A stretch of 64,000 nucleotides of DNA from the human T2T-CHM13v2.0 reference genome, Homo sapiens. Under the pieces are notes generated by a model. It was not told the origin of the DNA and ran no database searches. It saw nothing but the letters and a program-made list of their open reading frames with translations. Positions 30,264-43,366 of the stretch are shown here, piece after piece. Positions within the stretch are counted from its first letter, which is position 1; each line of letters opens with the position of its first letter. The DNA lies in assembly GCF_009914755.1 (NCBI RefSeq), contig NC_060928.1. One strand, given 5' to 3'. A program made the translations under genes and the position numbers.

Positions 30264-33200
30264 AAAATCATAGGAAAGTGAGCCTGCTAGAGAGGATATA
30301 CTACATAAACCTGGGAAAATATTATAAGAGGCTAAAAAACCCCCCAGCTGACTATGTTTTATGAGAGGGTCCACAGTACACTCCATTTAACAAAATGATG
30401 AGGTATAAACTGTTAAGGGGGTCAAAGTAATGCTGAGAAGCTCAGTGGTATCCTCTGTAGTCCAAGGCTGATATTAGGACAGGGGGCCTTTACAGGAATG
30501 GAGATTATATGATACCCAAGTAATTAAAGGTCAGGTGGTGGTGCAGAAACAAGAGGATGTAAACATAATGAATGATAATGCTACAAAATTTATAACATAT
30601 GATTATTCCCAAGAGTGAACATCTCTTTTGTGAGAGTGACTAAACAGCCAGATAGACAGAATGATTCAGTTAGTTGGCATCAAACATCCATAAAAGACCA
30701 CCTTCATATTCTATGACACAATGGATATAAAAATGGAATAGTCACTGTGACAGCTGCTCTAACACTCACCTAGGCTGATTTAACTGCTGCTGTTGCTTCT
30801 GAATGTCCAACTCTGAACAATGCAAATCAACAATAAGATGAGCTCTCAGTATGGCACCATCTTTCTAACAAAACACACAGCCTTTTGGTAAGGGGTGGAT
30901 TACCTTGGACCTCTTCCTCCCTGAAGGGGCACTGATTTATCTTGAAGGGAACTGTGTTGTTTTGCCTTTCCTGCTTGCAGGCCTTCATATAGCACTATCA
31001 TCTAAAGACTTGCAGGTTTACGTCATTGACACAGGATTCTGCATAAAATTATATCAAACTAAGAGATTAACTGTAACAAAAGGATTGCAGCAGTAGGCAT
31101 GTGACATAAGATACACTTGTCCTATCACATACTACACTACCCAGAAGTCCCAGTCAGATAGAGTGATGGGATGGCTTTTACAGGTGTAACTGACAGGCCA
31201 GCTTGGAAACTATACCATTCAAGGATGGGCATGATGCTCCAGGACTCAGTAAATCGATGAATATAATTTGGTGCTGTGTCCCTTAAAGGAAAAACACATG
31301 GTCTAGAAACCAGGGAGTGGAAGTATGCATGACCCCACTTCTCTTCTATGAGCCCAAATTTGCCAATTTGGGCTTTTGATTCCTGCAGCTCTAGGCATTT
31401 TGGGCTATAGATCCTATTGCATGAAGACAGAACACTTCCACCAGGAAACACAGCAAAAACGTATAAACTTTGTTACTGCATCCTCCTGGTTATTTTGGGC
31501 CTCTTGAACCATGAGCCCTGTGGGCAAAGGAAGACATTGTTATTCTGGCAGAGTTAATTGATCTTGACTATCAGGAAGTGGGAGGGCTGCTGTATTTCAG
31601 TGGAGGTTGGGGAGAATGTATTTGTCAGCTAGGTGATTCACTGGAGCATTTCTTGGTACTCCCTTGCCAATTTTATTCATAAATAGAAAAATGTAGGAGC
31701 CACAGTCTGAGAATGGCGTGGTCACCAGAAGCTCATGCCACTTAGAAATGAGGGTCTAGTTTATCCCACCAAGTAATACAAGCTAAGAGTAAAGGGATTG
31801 AGGAATGAGTAATAGAGGATGGAAACAATGAGTATTTTTCTGGCCATTAGCCCAGCTGCAGGAGCGGAAGCCTGTCTTACAAGTTTTCCCAAGCAAAGAA
31901 ACCAGCCAGAATCCTAGAGGAGCTTTTACCATGTAGGTGAACTGAACAAAGTAATTAGATCTGAGCAATACAAGGGGTGGACTGTAGTGAGGGCTATTCA
32001 TTCAACCCAACCCAAATCTTCCTTTAAAGAAGCAAAGCACTTGTTTTTTAAGCTTCTGGGAGCTTTGCCTGATGAATTTTCAGAGCTGGATTCTTCCATA
32101 GGACTTGTCCTCCATCAAAGGATGCTGCCCCAAAAGTTTGCTCTCCTTCCTGGGGGGCTGCTTCTCCATTCAGGATGTCTCTGAAGAGACTTCACAGGTT
32201 TAAAGCTGAAACCTCTGCTGCACTTGTCACAGTTCAACTTCTCCTTTTGTCTACCTATTTCTCTTGCTTTGAAGTGCGTGCCCAAATAAACCTCCTGCAT
32301 GCAAATCTGTTTTCTGGGGAACCTCGTCTACAACACGATCTTAATCTAGCATTTATTTTTGTGGGGGGTGTTGTAAGGATCTGGCATTAATTTTATTTCA
32401 TGTAGAAAGTTTAGTGACCCAAAGCCATTTATTGAAAAACCTATCAAAAAGCACATTGAATTGTAATGTTAATAGTATTATATATAAAATTCTATATACA
32501 TGCCTTTTGCCTTTCTTTTTTTGCCTTTGATTTTTAGTCTATTGATCTATTGTTTACTCCTATATTAATGTCACATTATTTTAATTACTACATATTTGTA
32601 ATAAATATTGTTATTGATTAGGACAAGTCTCCTTTGTTCTTTTATTTTAGATTTATCTCAGGTATTCTTAGGTCATTATTATGCCATGTGAAATTTGAAA
32701 TTCTAGTTTCAAGTTTTATAAAAACATTGGGTTTAAACTGTGAATGAATAGAATTTATAAATTGGTACAATAAAAACTGATAGCTTTTAATACTGAATAT
32801 TCTCATCACTTAACATGTTACAAATATGTAGAGATATAGTTTCCTTTTATATTTTCCCTTTGGTTCTTCCTGTTTTTCTATTTTTGGATACTCCTACTTC
32901 TTTTAATATTACATTTCCATTAGTTAGTGATGCCATTTATTTTTCTTTCTTTCTGGATTCATTTTCTTTTTTGGGAATTCTACCCAAGATCTTCACCTTG
33001 GCTGTCTACCTCATGAAGACACACGGTGTACTTACCTTTCAGCCCAATATATTCTGGATATCCTGCTTCTTGCCCAATGGAAGATTGGCCAAATTATGGG
33101 GGATAATAAAGTCATGGCAGGCTTGTAGGATGATGGGATATAAAAGGTAACATAAGTTAGATTCACAGATCATGAAATGCCACATCATCCATCACTTTTT

Positions 33201-33745
33201 AGCAGCTGTATTGAATGTAAAAAGGTTATTACCTTGCATCCATCCTGGTTCCTGAATATTTTGCTGTATTCATGTATAGCAGCCCATTTTTGATTTTTCA
33301 AAAAGTATTTACTGAGCACAGAAAAATAGCATAAAACCAAATAGCTGTCACCTGCAGTAAAATAAAAGATTTCTCCAGAGATCCTAGTTTCCATGTAATT
33401 TTGGAGAAGCTAATATTGTTCAGAATTGATACGTATGGAGAAAACCATTTTCTACCTTTCTTTTTGATTTGGAAACAAAATCCTCAAAGGAGTGAACATC
33501 AGCACGTTAAACAGCTGGGCCAGGATTTGGTGGCAGGTATTGCCAGAAGCAAAACAAGATTTTTTTGTTTTTTCTTTTTTGCTACACTATCACAGAATTA
33601 ACACATTTGGTGTTTTCAATCTGATTTTTAGTGTCAGATGATGAGGTAAATCTTGAGTCATTACTAAGGTGCTGAATCAGAAAATATCTTATTGCTATCT
33701 TCCTTGAGTTAAAGAACGCTCGGTTTTGAAATATATACATGGCTA

Positions 33746-34081
<336 letters not shown>

Positions 34082-34099
34082 TTAAATGTTATTTTGAAT

Positions 34100-34830
34100 T
34101 CCACTTGTGATTATGATGGAGCAAAAGGATTTGTACTTACATTCCCATCCAAAATCAACTAAAAAATTGGACACTATATGGTACAACTGTTTTCAGACAT
34201 GTAATAGATGGCAGTTTAAGACTATGATTCCTGAAAGATGGGAAATAAAATCGGTGAGCTCTGCCATTTCTTGTCCCAAATGTATTCTTGGAATAAATTA
34301 CGGGGCAGTAGCATAAAAAGGGGAACCAGTAGTCTTGCTGAATTGAAGATATGAAGATAGGAATTCAAGAACTTTGAAGTAGCCATAATTTTCAAGGAAG
34401 AGTACTCTAAAGGAGGGAGCTAAGCAGAGAAAGAGTTCCAGAAATGTGCACAGGTTTCCCTTAAATATTTGAATCCATACCATTTTACACATGCTATAGG
34501 GCATGAGGATAGGTAAAGAATAACTCCTAAAGAAAGAACATTACTGAGGCACTGTGAGTTAACCTATTCTCAGAGTTTATGCATGGTTGGAAAGTAAATT
34601 CTTACTATGCAGGGTAGAGAGGCCTCACTAAGTGTATAGGGAATTTAGGAAAGACTCCAGATGATCATACCTTAATCATAAGACAAAATTTGCCCTATAG
34701 AGAAAAAGCTACTCTAGGCCCATCAGAAAAAAGAGATTAAAAACAATTATCAAAAAAACAAGTAATATTTAAATAATTTAACTGCTTACTACAATAAAGC
34801 CCAAAACTCTTCAAGAAAATACAATTGTAT
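34100..34830 (+). mobile_element. Old L1M 5' region (L1MC/MD-like)
   Basis: CAACTAAAAAATTGGACACTATATGG..CAACTGTTTTCAGACAT..AAGACTATGATTCCTGAAAGATGGGAAA resembles L1M 5' ends. Confidence 0.5.
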
Positions 34831-36640
34831 CCAAATTTCCTTCTGTGATAAAAAGGATATAATTTCCTTCTGCCTTTAATATTTTGATATTAGATATATT
34901 ATGATTGTCCTTGGTTGATTGATAAGAGTATTTAAACTACAAACAAATCTTATAAACAAGTATTTCAGTAGTCTTTGAATGTGAGTATATTTTTTTAAAT
35001 CTGAAAAGTGCACAATCATTAAAACATATTTTCCTTAACATTTTATTTGTAATTAAACTAGAAAGGCTGGACTTCTCTTTCAATTCTTTAGACTTTTTTA
35101 ATCCTAAATTTGATAAAAAAGCTTTCACAATACTGTTGAGGTAACTAAAATTTGGAGAGGCTAAGCAAATCTATTCCTATAATGTTCTTTTTATAAAATG
35201 AAGAAGCAAATATTTATGCTAATATTGGCCATTTAGGAAAACCAAAGATACTTTAAGCATTAAAAAAAATCTTAATTGTTTTTCTTAGTTTTTAGTTTTT
35301 TAGTTTGGGGTCTGAATTAGATAAAGGCAAAATCAAAGAAGGGTTTCTAAAGGAGTTAAGATATGACGGAGTCCAAGTCACGAAGATCCAATGGCAAAAA
35401 ATAGCTATAGGAAATATCTTTTAAAAAGTAATTTATAATGATTATCATGAAAGTTTGTTAAAATTATTTAGAATTGTGTCAAAAACATAGAGCATTACAA
35501 AATATTTGGTAATAAAAAGAACCTCTGCAATCTGGACCCAAAAAGCTTTGCAGGTTTGACTGAAAGAAAACGCTTTAATTTTCTTTAAAATTTAGAATTT
35601 TAGTTTAGATCTCTGCATATTAGCCATGTAACAATTTGCAGTAAAAAATTCACAAGCCTTTTTGCCTCATGAATAAACTCATCATATTTACTTACCTTTG
35701 CCAAAAATTTCAGCATATTTTGTTCATTTGAAAATTATCATGTGTAGGTATTCTATTCCCAGGAAAATCACGTTAACTTCTCCTTAGACCTAAAGCATTA
35801 AAATCCTAAGAGCTATGCTCTCCAATGACAATGAAATAAAATTAGAGATCATCACAGAAGAAAATCTGGAAAATTTACATACATGTGGAATTTAAACAAT
35901 ATGCTCCTAAATAATCACTTGACCAAAAAAGAAATCATAAGGGAAATTAGAAAATACTTTGAGATAAATTAAAATGAAAACACAAAATACCAAAACTTAT
36001 TATATGCTGCTGTAACAGTGCTTAGGGTGAAATTTATAGCTGCAAATGCCTGTAAGTAAAGAAGAAAGATCTCAAATCAGTAACTCTCTACCTCAAGAAT
36101 CTAGAAAAAGGAGAGATGACTAACCCCAAAGCAGGCAGAAGGAAGGTCATAATACAGATTAAAGACAAAATAAATGAAATAAAGAATTTATAAAAGAGGA
36201 TTAAAAATAAATAAATGAAACCAAAAGTTAGTTCTTTGTAAAGATCAGTAAAATTGACAAACATTTAGATGGACTGACCCCCAAATGAGAGTAGAATGGG
36301 GAAGTCAAATCATTTAAATCAGGAATGAAAGAGAGGACATTGCCATACATCTCACAGAAATAAAAATAATTATGAGGCAATACCATCAAGATGTCTATGC
36401 CACTATTTAGATAATCTAGACAAAATGAATAAATTCCTACAAAAACATAAATTACAGGTGACCCAAGAAGAAATATTAATAGGAAATCTGAATAGACTTA
36501 TAACAAATAAAGAGATTAAATCATCATAAATATCCCCCCACAGAGAAAAGCCCAGATTCAGATGACTTTGGTGAATTTTCCTAAACATTTAAAGGACAAT
36601 TAACACAATCCTTCAAAAACACTTCAAAAAAATAGAAGAG

Positions 36641-37104
36641 CGTTTTAATTCCCCATTTTATAGGGCTGCTATAAACGTGTATTACTACATGTTGCACAGA
36701 TGAAAACAACAGAAATTTGCTTTCTCATAATTCTTGAAGCCAGAAGTCCAAAATCAATGCGTCTACAGTGTGAAATGTAGCCTCAATGGGAGAAGCATTT
36801 TGCTTCTTCAGCTCCTGGTGGCTCCAGGCATTCCTTGGCTTTTGGCGACTCCGGTGTCTGCCTCTGTCTTTCCACAGTCTTCTCCCCTCTGCCTCTCTGT
36901 CTCAAATCTCCCTTTCCTTATATAAAAATACCAGTCATTGGATTTAAGGCCCACCCTAAACCTAGGGTGTCCTAGGACAATCTCATCTCAGGATCTTTAA
37001 CTGATATGTGCAAAGCTCCTGTTTCCAAATAAGGTCACATTTATAGGTGCCAGGAGGTAGGACTCAGACACATCTATTGGGGAGCCACTATTCAACTCAT
37101 TACA
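36641..37104 (-). mobile_element. MaLR LTR (MLT1C-like)
   Basis: AAAACAACAGAAATTT..CCAGAAGTCCAAAATCAA..CCACTATTCAACTCATTACA; TSD AAGAG/AAGAA splits the L1 sequence. Confidence 0.85.
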
Positions 37105-38083
37105 AAGAAGGAACATTTCCTGTTATTCTATGAGGCCAGCATTACCCTATATCAAAGCCAGGGAAATAGATCAGAAGAATAGATCACTACAGAACAATAT
37201 GATATAGATGCAGAAATCCTCAAAAAAATACCAGCAAGTAAAATCTAGCAACATATATAAAAGATTATAGAACATGACCAAGTGGAATTTATCCAATAAT
37301 TCAAGACTGGTTTAAAAATGCAAAAATCAGTATGTAATAGGCTATATTAAAAAACACATGATCACCTCAGTATATGCAGAAAAACATTTGACAAAACAAA
37401 ACATCTTTCTGTCATAAAAGCACTCAACAAACTAGAAATAGGAGAGAACTTCCTCAATCTAGTAAAGCATATCTACACAGAGACTCACAGATAATATGAT
37501 TCTTAACTGTGGAAAAGTGAAAACTTTCAAAAGTCAGGAACAAGATGATGATTTGTATTAAACACAGTATTAAACATCACTTATATTAAACATTGGACCA
37601 AAGGTAGTAGGCAGTATAATGGCCAGAAAAAGAAAAAAAAAAAGAATCCATATTTAAAAGGAAAAAAAAGTAAAACTATCTTTATTTGCAGATGACATGC
37701 TCTTGCATATAAAAAATCCCAAGGAATCCACTAGAAAACTATTAAAACTAATAAATGAGTTAAGCAAGTTTGCAGAATATAAACCCATATATGAAAATCA
37801 ATTGTATTTCTACATAGTAACAATGAACAATTTAATTTATGATAGCATTCAAAAAGAATACAATATGAAGAATGAATTTAACAAAAGTAGAATATGTCCA
37901 CACTGAAAATTATAAATCATTTTGAAAACATTCCATTTATACTAAAATAAAAAAAATCCTTTTTCATGGATTAAAAAACTTAATGTTGTTAAGATGGTAA
38001 TACTCTCTAAATTCACCTCCCAGTTCAATGCAATACCTATTATGCCAGGTAACTTTTCTTAACAGAGATGAACATTTGGTTCC

Positions 38084-38505
38084 AATGGAACCAACCCAAA
38101 TGCCCATCAATCAATGAGTGGATAAAGAAACTGTGGTATATATATGCAATGGAATACTACTCAGCCATAAAAAGGAATGGATTAATAGCATTTGCAGCAA
38201 CCTGGATGAAATTAGAGACTATTATTCTAAGAGAAGTGACTCATGAATGGCAAACCAAACGTCATATATTCTCACTCATAAGTGGGAGCTAAGCTATGAG
38301 GATGCAGAGGCATAAGAATGACACAATGGACTTTGGAGACTCAGGGGGAAAGAATGGAAAGGGGGTGAGGGATAAAAGACTACAAATTAAGTGCAGTGTA
38401 TACTGCTCGGGTGATGAGTGCACCAAAATCTCACAAATCACCACTAAAAAACTTACTCATTTAATCAAACACCACCTGTTCCTCAATCACCTATGGAAAT
38501 ACAAA
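38084..38505 (+). mobile_element. L1PB1-like 3' end
   Basis: WNQPKCPSINEWIKKLW..HIFSLISGS*; 3'UTR GGGATAAAAGACTACAAATT..CACCACCTGTTCC..CCTATGGAAATA. Confidence 0.85.
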
Positions 38506-40464
38506 GTGTTTTTAAAAATCATACAGAAATTTAGGGCAACCAGAATAACAACACACACACAAATCCTTGAGAAAGAACAAAGCTTGAGGACTCACACTTC
38601 TCACTTCAAAACTTGTTGCACAGCTATAATAGTCAAGACCCCGTGGTACTAGCATAAGGATAATCATACAGATCAACGGAATGTAATTTAGACTCCTGGA
38701 ATAAACCCTTGCATTTATGACCAACTGATTTTTGACAAAGGTGTCATGGCCATTTAATGTGGACAGAACAGACTTTTATCAAGTGATTCTGGGGAAAATG
38801 GATATCCACAAGCAAGAGAATGAACTTGGACCTCTCTGCCTTACACCAGACACAAAAATTACTCAAAATGCATCAAAGACCTAAATGTAAGTGCTAAAAC
38901 TACAAAACTCATAGGAGAAAACATAAGTAAACTTTTGTCACTTTGAATTATGCAATGGTTTATTATATGTTACACCAAAAACACAAGAAACCAGAGAAAA
39001 AAATTGGGCTTAATTAAAATAAAAAACTTTTGTGCTTCAAACAATACAATCAAGAAAGTAAAACAATAACTCACAGAATGGGAGAAAATATTTGTACGTT
39101 ATTTATCTGAGAAAACTCTAGTACTAGAAAATATAGGGAACTATTATAATTCAGCAATAAAAAAGACAACCCAATTTTAAATGGTCAAAGGATTTGAATA
39201 GCCTTTTCTCCAAAGAAGAAATACAAACTCCTAGTAAGCACATGAAAAGATGCTCAGCGTCATTAGGGAAATACAGATTAAAACCATATGGAGATACCAT
39301 CTCATACTTACAAGGATGGTTAAAATGACAAAGATAACAACAAGTATTAGTGGAGACACAGAGACATTGTAATCCTTATACATGGCTAGCAGGAATGCAA
39401 AATGGTGTAGCCACTGTGGAAAAAGTCTGGCAGTTTTTCAAAAGGTTAAACACAGAGTTACCATATGGCCTAGCAAATCCATTCTTAACTCCATACCCAA
39501 AAGAAATGTAAATATTTTGTCCACACAAAAACCATTACACTAATGTTTATAGCAGCATGATTCATAATAGTCAAAAAATGGCAACAACCTAAATGTTCAT
39601 CAATTAACACATGGATAAACAAAATGTGCTATATCAATACGATGAAATATTATTTGGCGTAAAGAGGAGAAATTAAATATTGACATGTGGTACAACATGA
39701 ATAAACATTGAAAACGTCATGCTAAGTGAAAAAATCCAGTTACAAAGGCCACATACTGTGTTTGCTTTTTTATACAGAATAAAATACTAAAATACTTATA
39801 CTGAGAATTAGACAAATCTATAGGTATAGAAAGTAAACTAGTGGTTGCCTAGGGCTGGGAGGAGGGAAATATGTGGAGTGACTGCTCATAGGTATGGGGT
39901 TTCTTTTTAGGGTGATGAGAATATTTTGAAATTAGATTTTGGTGATGATTGCATAATTCTGTGAATAAACACCACTGCATTGTAAAATTTTAAAAGGTGA
40001 ATTGTGCAGTAAGTAAATGGGATCTCAATAAACTAGTTGTTTAAAAAGGCACAGGCTCTGCCCCTAGAGTTTGTGATTCAAGTTTGGGCAACACTGAGGC
40101 TAAGGTGATGTGTAAACTGTGGGAATTTTTGTGAGCTATTAATTATGCTATTGTGTCTTCAGAAGATTGATGTCAAAATGCAAATATAGTATCTCAGAAG
40201 AGGAAGATAATAAACACCATCCCACAGATATGAATTAAATTATGAGGTTCCTGTCCATCCTGTGGGCTCTGAGGGACTGAAAGCCAGTCATGAGCATTTT
40301 AGTGGAGAAAGTGGGAGAAATGGCTGACAATGGGGAGGTAGGAAGTGAAGAGACCTAGAAGGGAAATTTAGCAGGAGAAAGGGACTCCAGGAGTACATAA
40401 GTACCTGAAGCTCACTGTTTGTGGACTAAGCCTGGCTATCTCTCTCAACTTAAGCATCAGGGGA

Positions 40465-40980
40465 AATAATGATAGTTAACATTTATTAAGCACTTATTTT
40501 GTAGCAGGAAATGTTCTATGTGCTTTATTGTGTACTAACTTGTCTTCTCCTTAGAAAACCCATGAACCTGATCCAATTATTATTTCAATATTATGAAAGA
40601 GGAAACTGAGTCTCAGAGGGATGATCATGTATCAAATCACGTAGCTAATACAGGGATCACTGGCGATGGCAGAGGGTCGAAGGAGAGGCTGCCAGCTGTC
40701 TTAACCCTGGCTTCTAGGGGCCATGTCAAGGCTGTGTGGTACTGCAGAGAAGTTGAGGAATGCAATGTGGTGGTGGACACAAGCATTAGACATGGATTTG
40801 GGCCATCTGGAATTTGAATTCTGACTCTGCTACATATTGACTGGGAGGTTGGGACATGTGACATCTCTAGATTAGAATTTCTTCATCTACACAAGGAAAA
40901 AATAGTATCTTTCCTGCCTTCCCCACTGCCTAATGATGAAATTTAAATTCAGATAATATGTCTCAAAAGCGTTAGGAACA
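40465..40980. mobile_element. Two MIR fragments (minus about 40465-40660, plus about 40760-40980)
   Basis: AACATTTATTAAGCACTTA..GAGGAAACTGAGTCTCAGAG; GGAATTTGAATTCTGACTCTGCTAC..TTTCTTCATCT. Confidence 0.6.
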
Positions 40981-42739
40981 ATTTTTTAAATATAAAGTAA
41001 GGTAGTAGAATGCCAACAATAACAAATGTAAACAATAGCAGGGATCCAGCTTTTAGATATAATGATTCCTGAAGATTCCTGGATTGGTAAAGAGATCTGG
41101 CCAAGAAAATCTGACCAATCAATCCTTAGAGTGGAGAAGTGTTAACTGCAGTTAAGAATTGCAGTCTCTCAGGTTCTTCTATAGGCATCTGAGGAGTAGC
41201 TAAGCCCCATTTGAAGTAATTGATGATTAAATAAATTATATTCAGAAAATTATTAGATGTTTTATTGAAAAGATTGAGAGAAGACAAGTTAATTTGGAGT
41301 ACACTCAGCCAATGGAGCTCTCATCTCTACCCCACATCAACGGCTGAGCAGATCTTTTAGGAGCCTGGCTGCGGCAGCAGCTGCTGCCTGGGTGAATGGG
41401 CTCCGACAAATTCACCCATCTCAATAGCTCAGTACAAATTGGAATGTTGCTCTTGAGTCAGTTGGGGTCCATTTTTTATGTCTGTGTTATATACAGTTAA
41501 ATGGCAAGAGGAAAGAGGAGAAATGATTTGATTTTGATTTCAACTTTCTCTGATTAGGGGTTGCTGAAGGACTTTTTCTGAATGCACCATTAGGATAGCT
41601 GACAGATGTCTTCTTACCATTTGTACAGAAATTTAGAGAACTTAGCAAAGTGTGCTCAATGACTTTCTGGTAGATTTCGTAGCATCTGAATGTGATAATT
41701 TAACATTTGTTTAGTTAGGGTATCCTTGTTTTGAAATGGTGGTGAAAGAAGGCGCTGAGGCTCATTTTGAAGGAGAGTTGCTTTGGAATATGGTGACAAG
41801 CTGATAAACTAAAGGTCAGAACTGTGACCAGTTGATCATTAATTTGTTCTCGCTTCTGGGAGGACCAGATCCTACATATTTACAGCAGACCTTAATGCTG
41901 ATGATTTGAGCAATGAAAAATGTCTGTGATTTTAGTTCTGCATGCAGAGGCTGTGATGTATAAGGGAAAAAAGTGCTGAGTTGGGAGCCTGGAACCTGGG
42001 TTCTTACTACCTTTTAAAGCCCAAATGAGCCTCTATACTCCTCTGCATCTCTGTCTTCCTAGCTGGTAGAATAAAAACTGAGAGAGAGAATTCTGGGCTT
42101 CTTAAGGAATTTTTTTTCCCAAAATTTTGTTTGTTTTTTTTTTTTTGTTTTGTTTTTAATTGGGCTTTTTATTTTCTGCCTGGGCTGAATTCATCAATCA
42201 ACAGGTCAGTGTAATTGAAAATAATTTTAAGAAATAATTAAGAGAACACATTATTTCCTCAAGTAATGAAATAACTGTTTTGTTCTAATCACAGTGGATC
42301 CTCATATCTGTGAATAATGAGGGCGCTTAATAGCATTACTACTTTATATTAATCAAATATATCGTTACCTCAACAAACAAAGATGATGAATGGCCCCTGT
42401 CCCTGGAACCTTGCATCCTACACGTAATTTGTCACTCATGCTAGCTTTGTCACTGTTGAGAAGTGAATGTTTCTGTGTTCTTAGTCCTGCTTCTTCTCTT
42501 TTGAGGGACTCCTTACTAGGTCCTTCCCAAGGGAGGGATAATTACTGATTAGATTCTACATGTTCTGGACAGAGCTTAGAATATGCCTTGGATCTTGTTT
42601 TATTAGTTGGTTGGGTGGTTACTGTGAGTCAATGGTTGGAGCTTGTGTGAGGCCTTCTCTTCTGTTTTCCTAGGAGGGCCTGACCAGGTTGCTTTCTCTC
42701 TTTTTATTTCTTCTGAAGATAAAATTGAGCATCTAAGCT

Positions 42740-43366
42740 TGTTACCACAAAGCGGCCCCAATCTAGATCCCAAGAGAGAGTTCCTGGACCTCATGCAAGA
42801 AAGAATTCTAGGTGAGGCTATAGAGTAAAGTGAAAGCAAGTTTATTAGGAAGTAAAGGAATAAAAAATGGCTACTCCATAAGCATAGCAGCAGCCTGAAC
42901 TGCTCGACTGAATATACTTATAGTTATTTCTTGATTATATGCTAAACAAACGGTGGATTATTCATGAGTTTTCCAAGAAAGGAGTGGGGGCTTTCTGGAA
43001 CTGAGGGTCCCTCCCCTTTTAGACTATATAGGGTAACTTCTTGACATTGCCTTGGCATTTGTAAACTGTCATGGTGCTGGTGGGTGTGTCTTTTAGTATG
43101 CTAATATATTATAATGAACAGTGAGAACGACTAGAGGTCACTTTCATTGCCATCTTGGTTTTGGTAGGTTTTGGCAGGCTTCTTTACTGCGTCCTGTTTT
43201 ATCAGCAAGGTCTTTGTGATCTCTATCTTGTGCTGATCTCCTACCTCATCCTTTGAGTAAGAATGCCTAACGTCCTGGGAATGCAGCCTGGTAGGGGTAG
43301 GTCTCAGCCTTATTTTACCCAGCCCCTATTCAAGATGGACTTACATCGTTTCAAATACCTCTAACA
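42740..43366 (-). mobile_element. MER41B solo LTR
   Basis: TGTTACC..CCCAAGAGAG..GCAAGAAAGAATTC..AGTAAAGTGAAAGCAAGTTTATT...CCCCTATTCAAGATGGA..CCTCTAACA matches the MER41B reverse complement, including the tandem-GAS segment. Confidence 0.88.

Larger units (their letters stand above)
35790..40030 (+). mobile_element. Old L1MB (L1MB7/8-like) ORF2 and 3'UTR, interrupted by MLT1C and L1PB1
   Basis: Degenerate ORF2 with TTTGCAGATGACATG (FADDM) at about 37685; L1MB-type 3'UTR ending ATCTCAATAAACTAGTTGTTTAAAAA. Confidence 0.85.
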
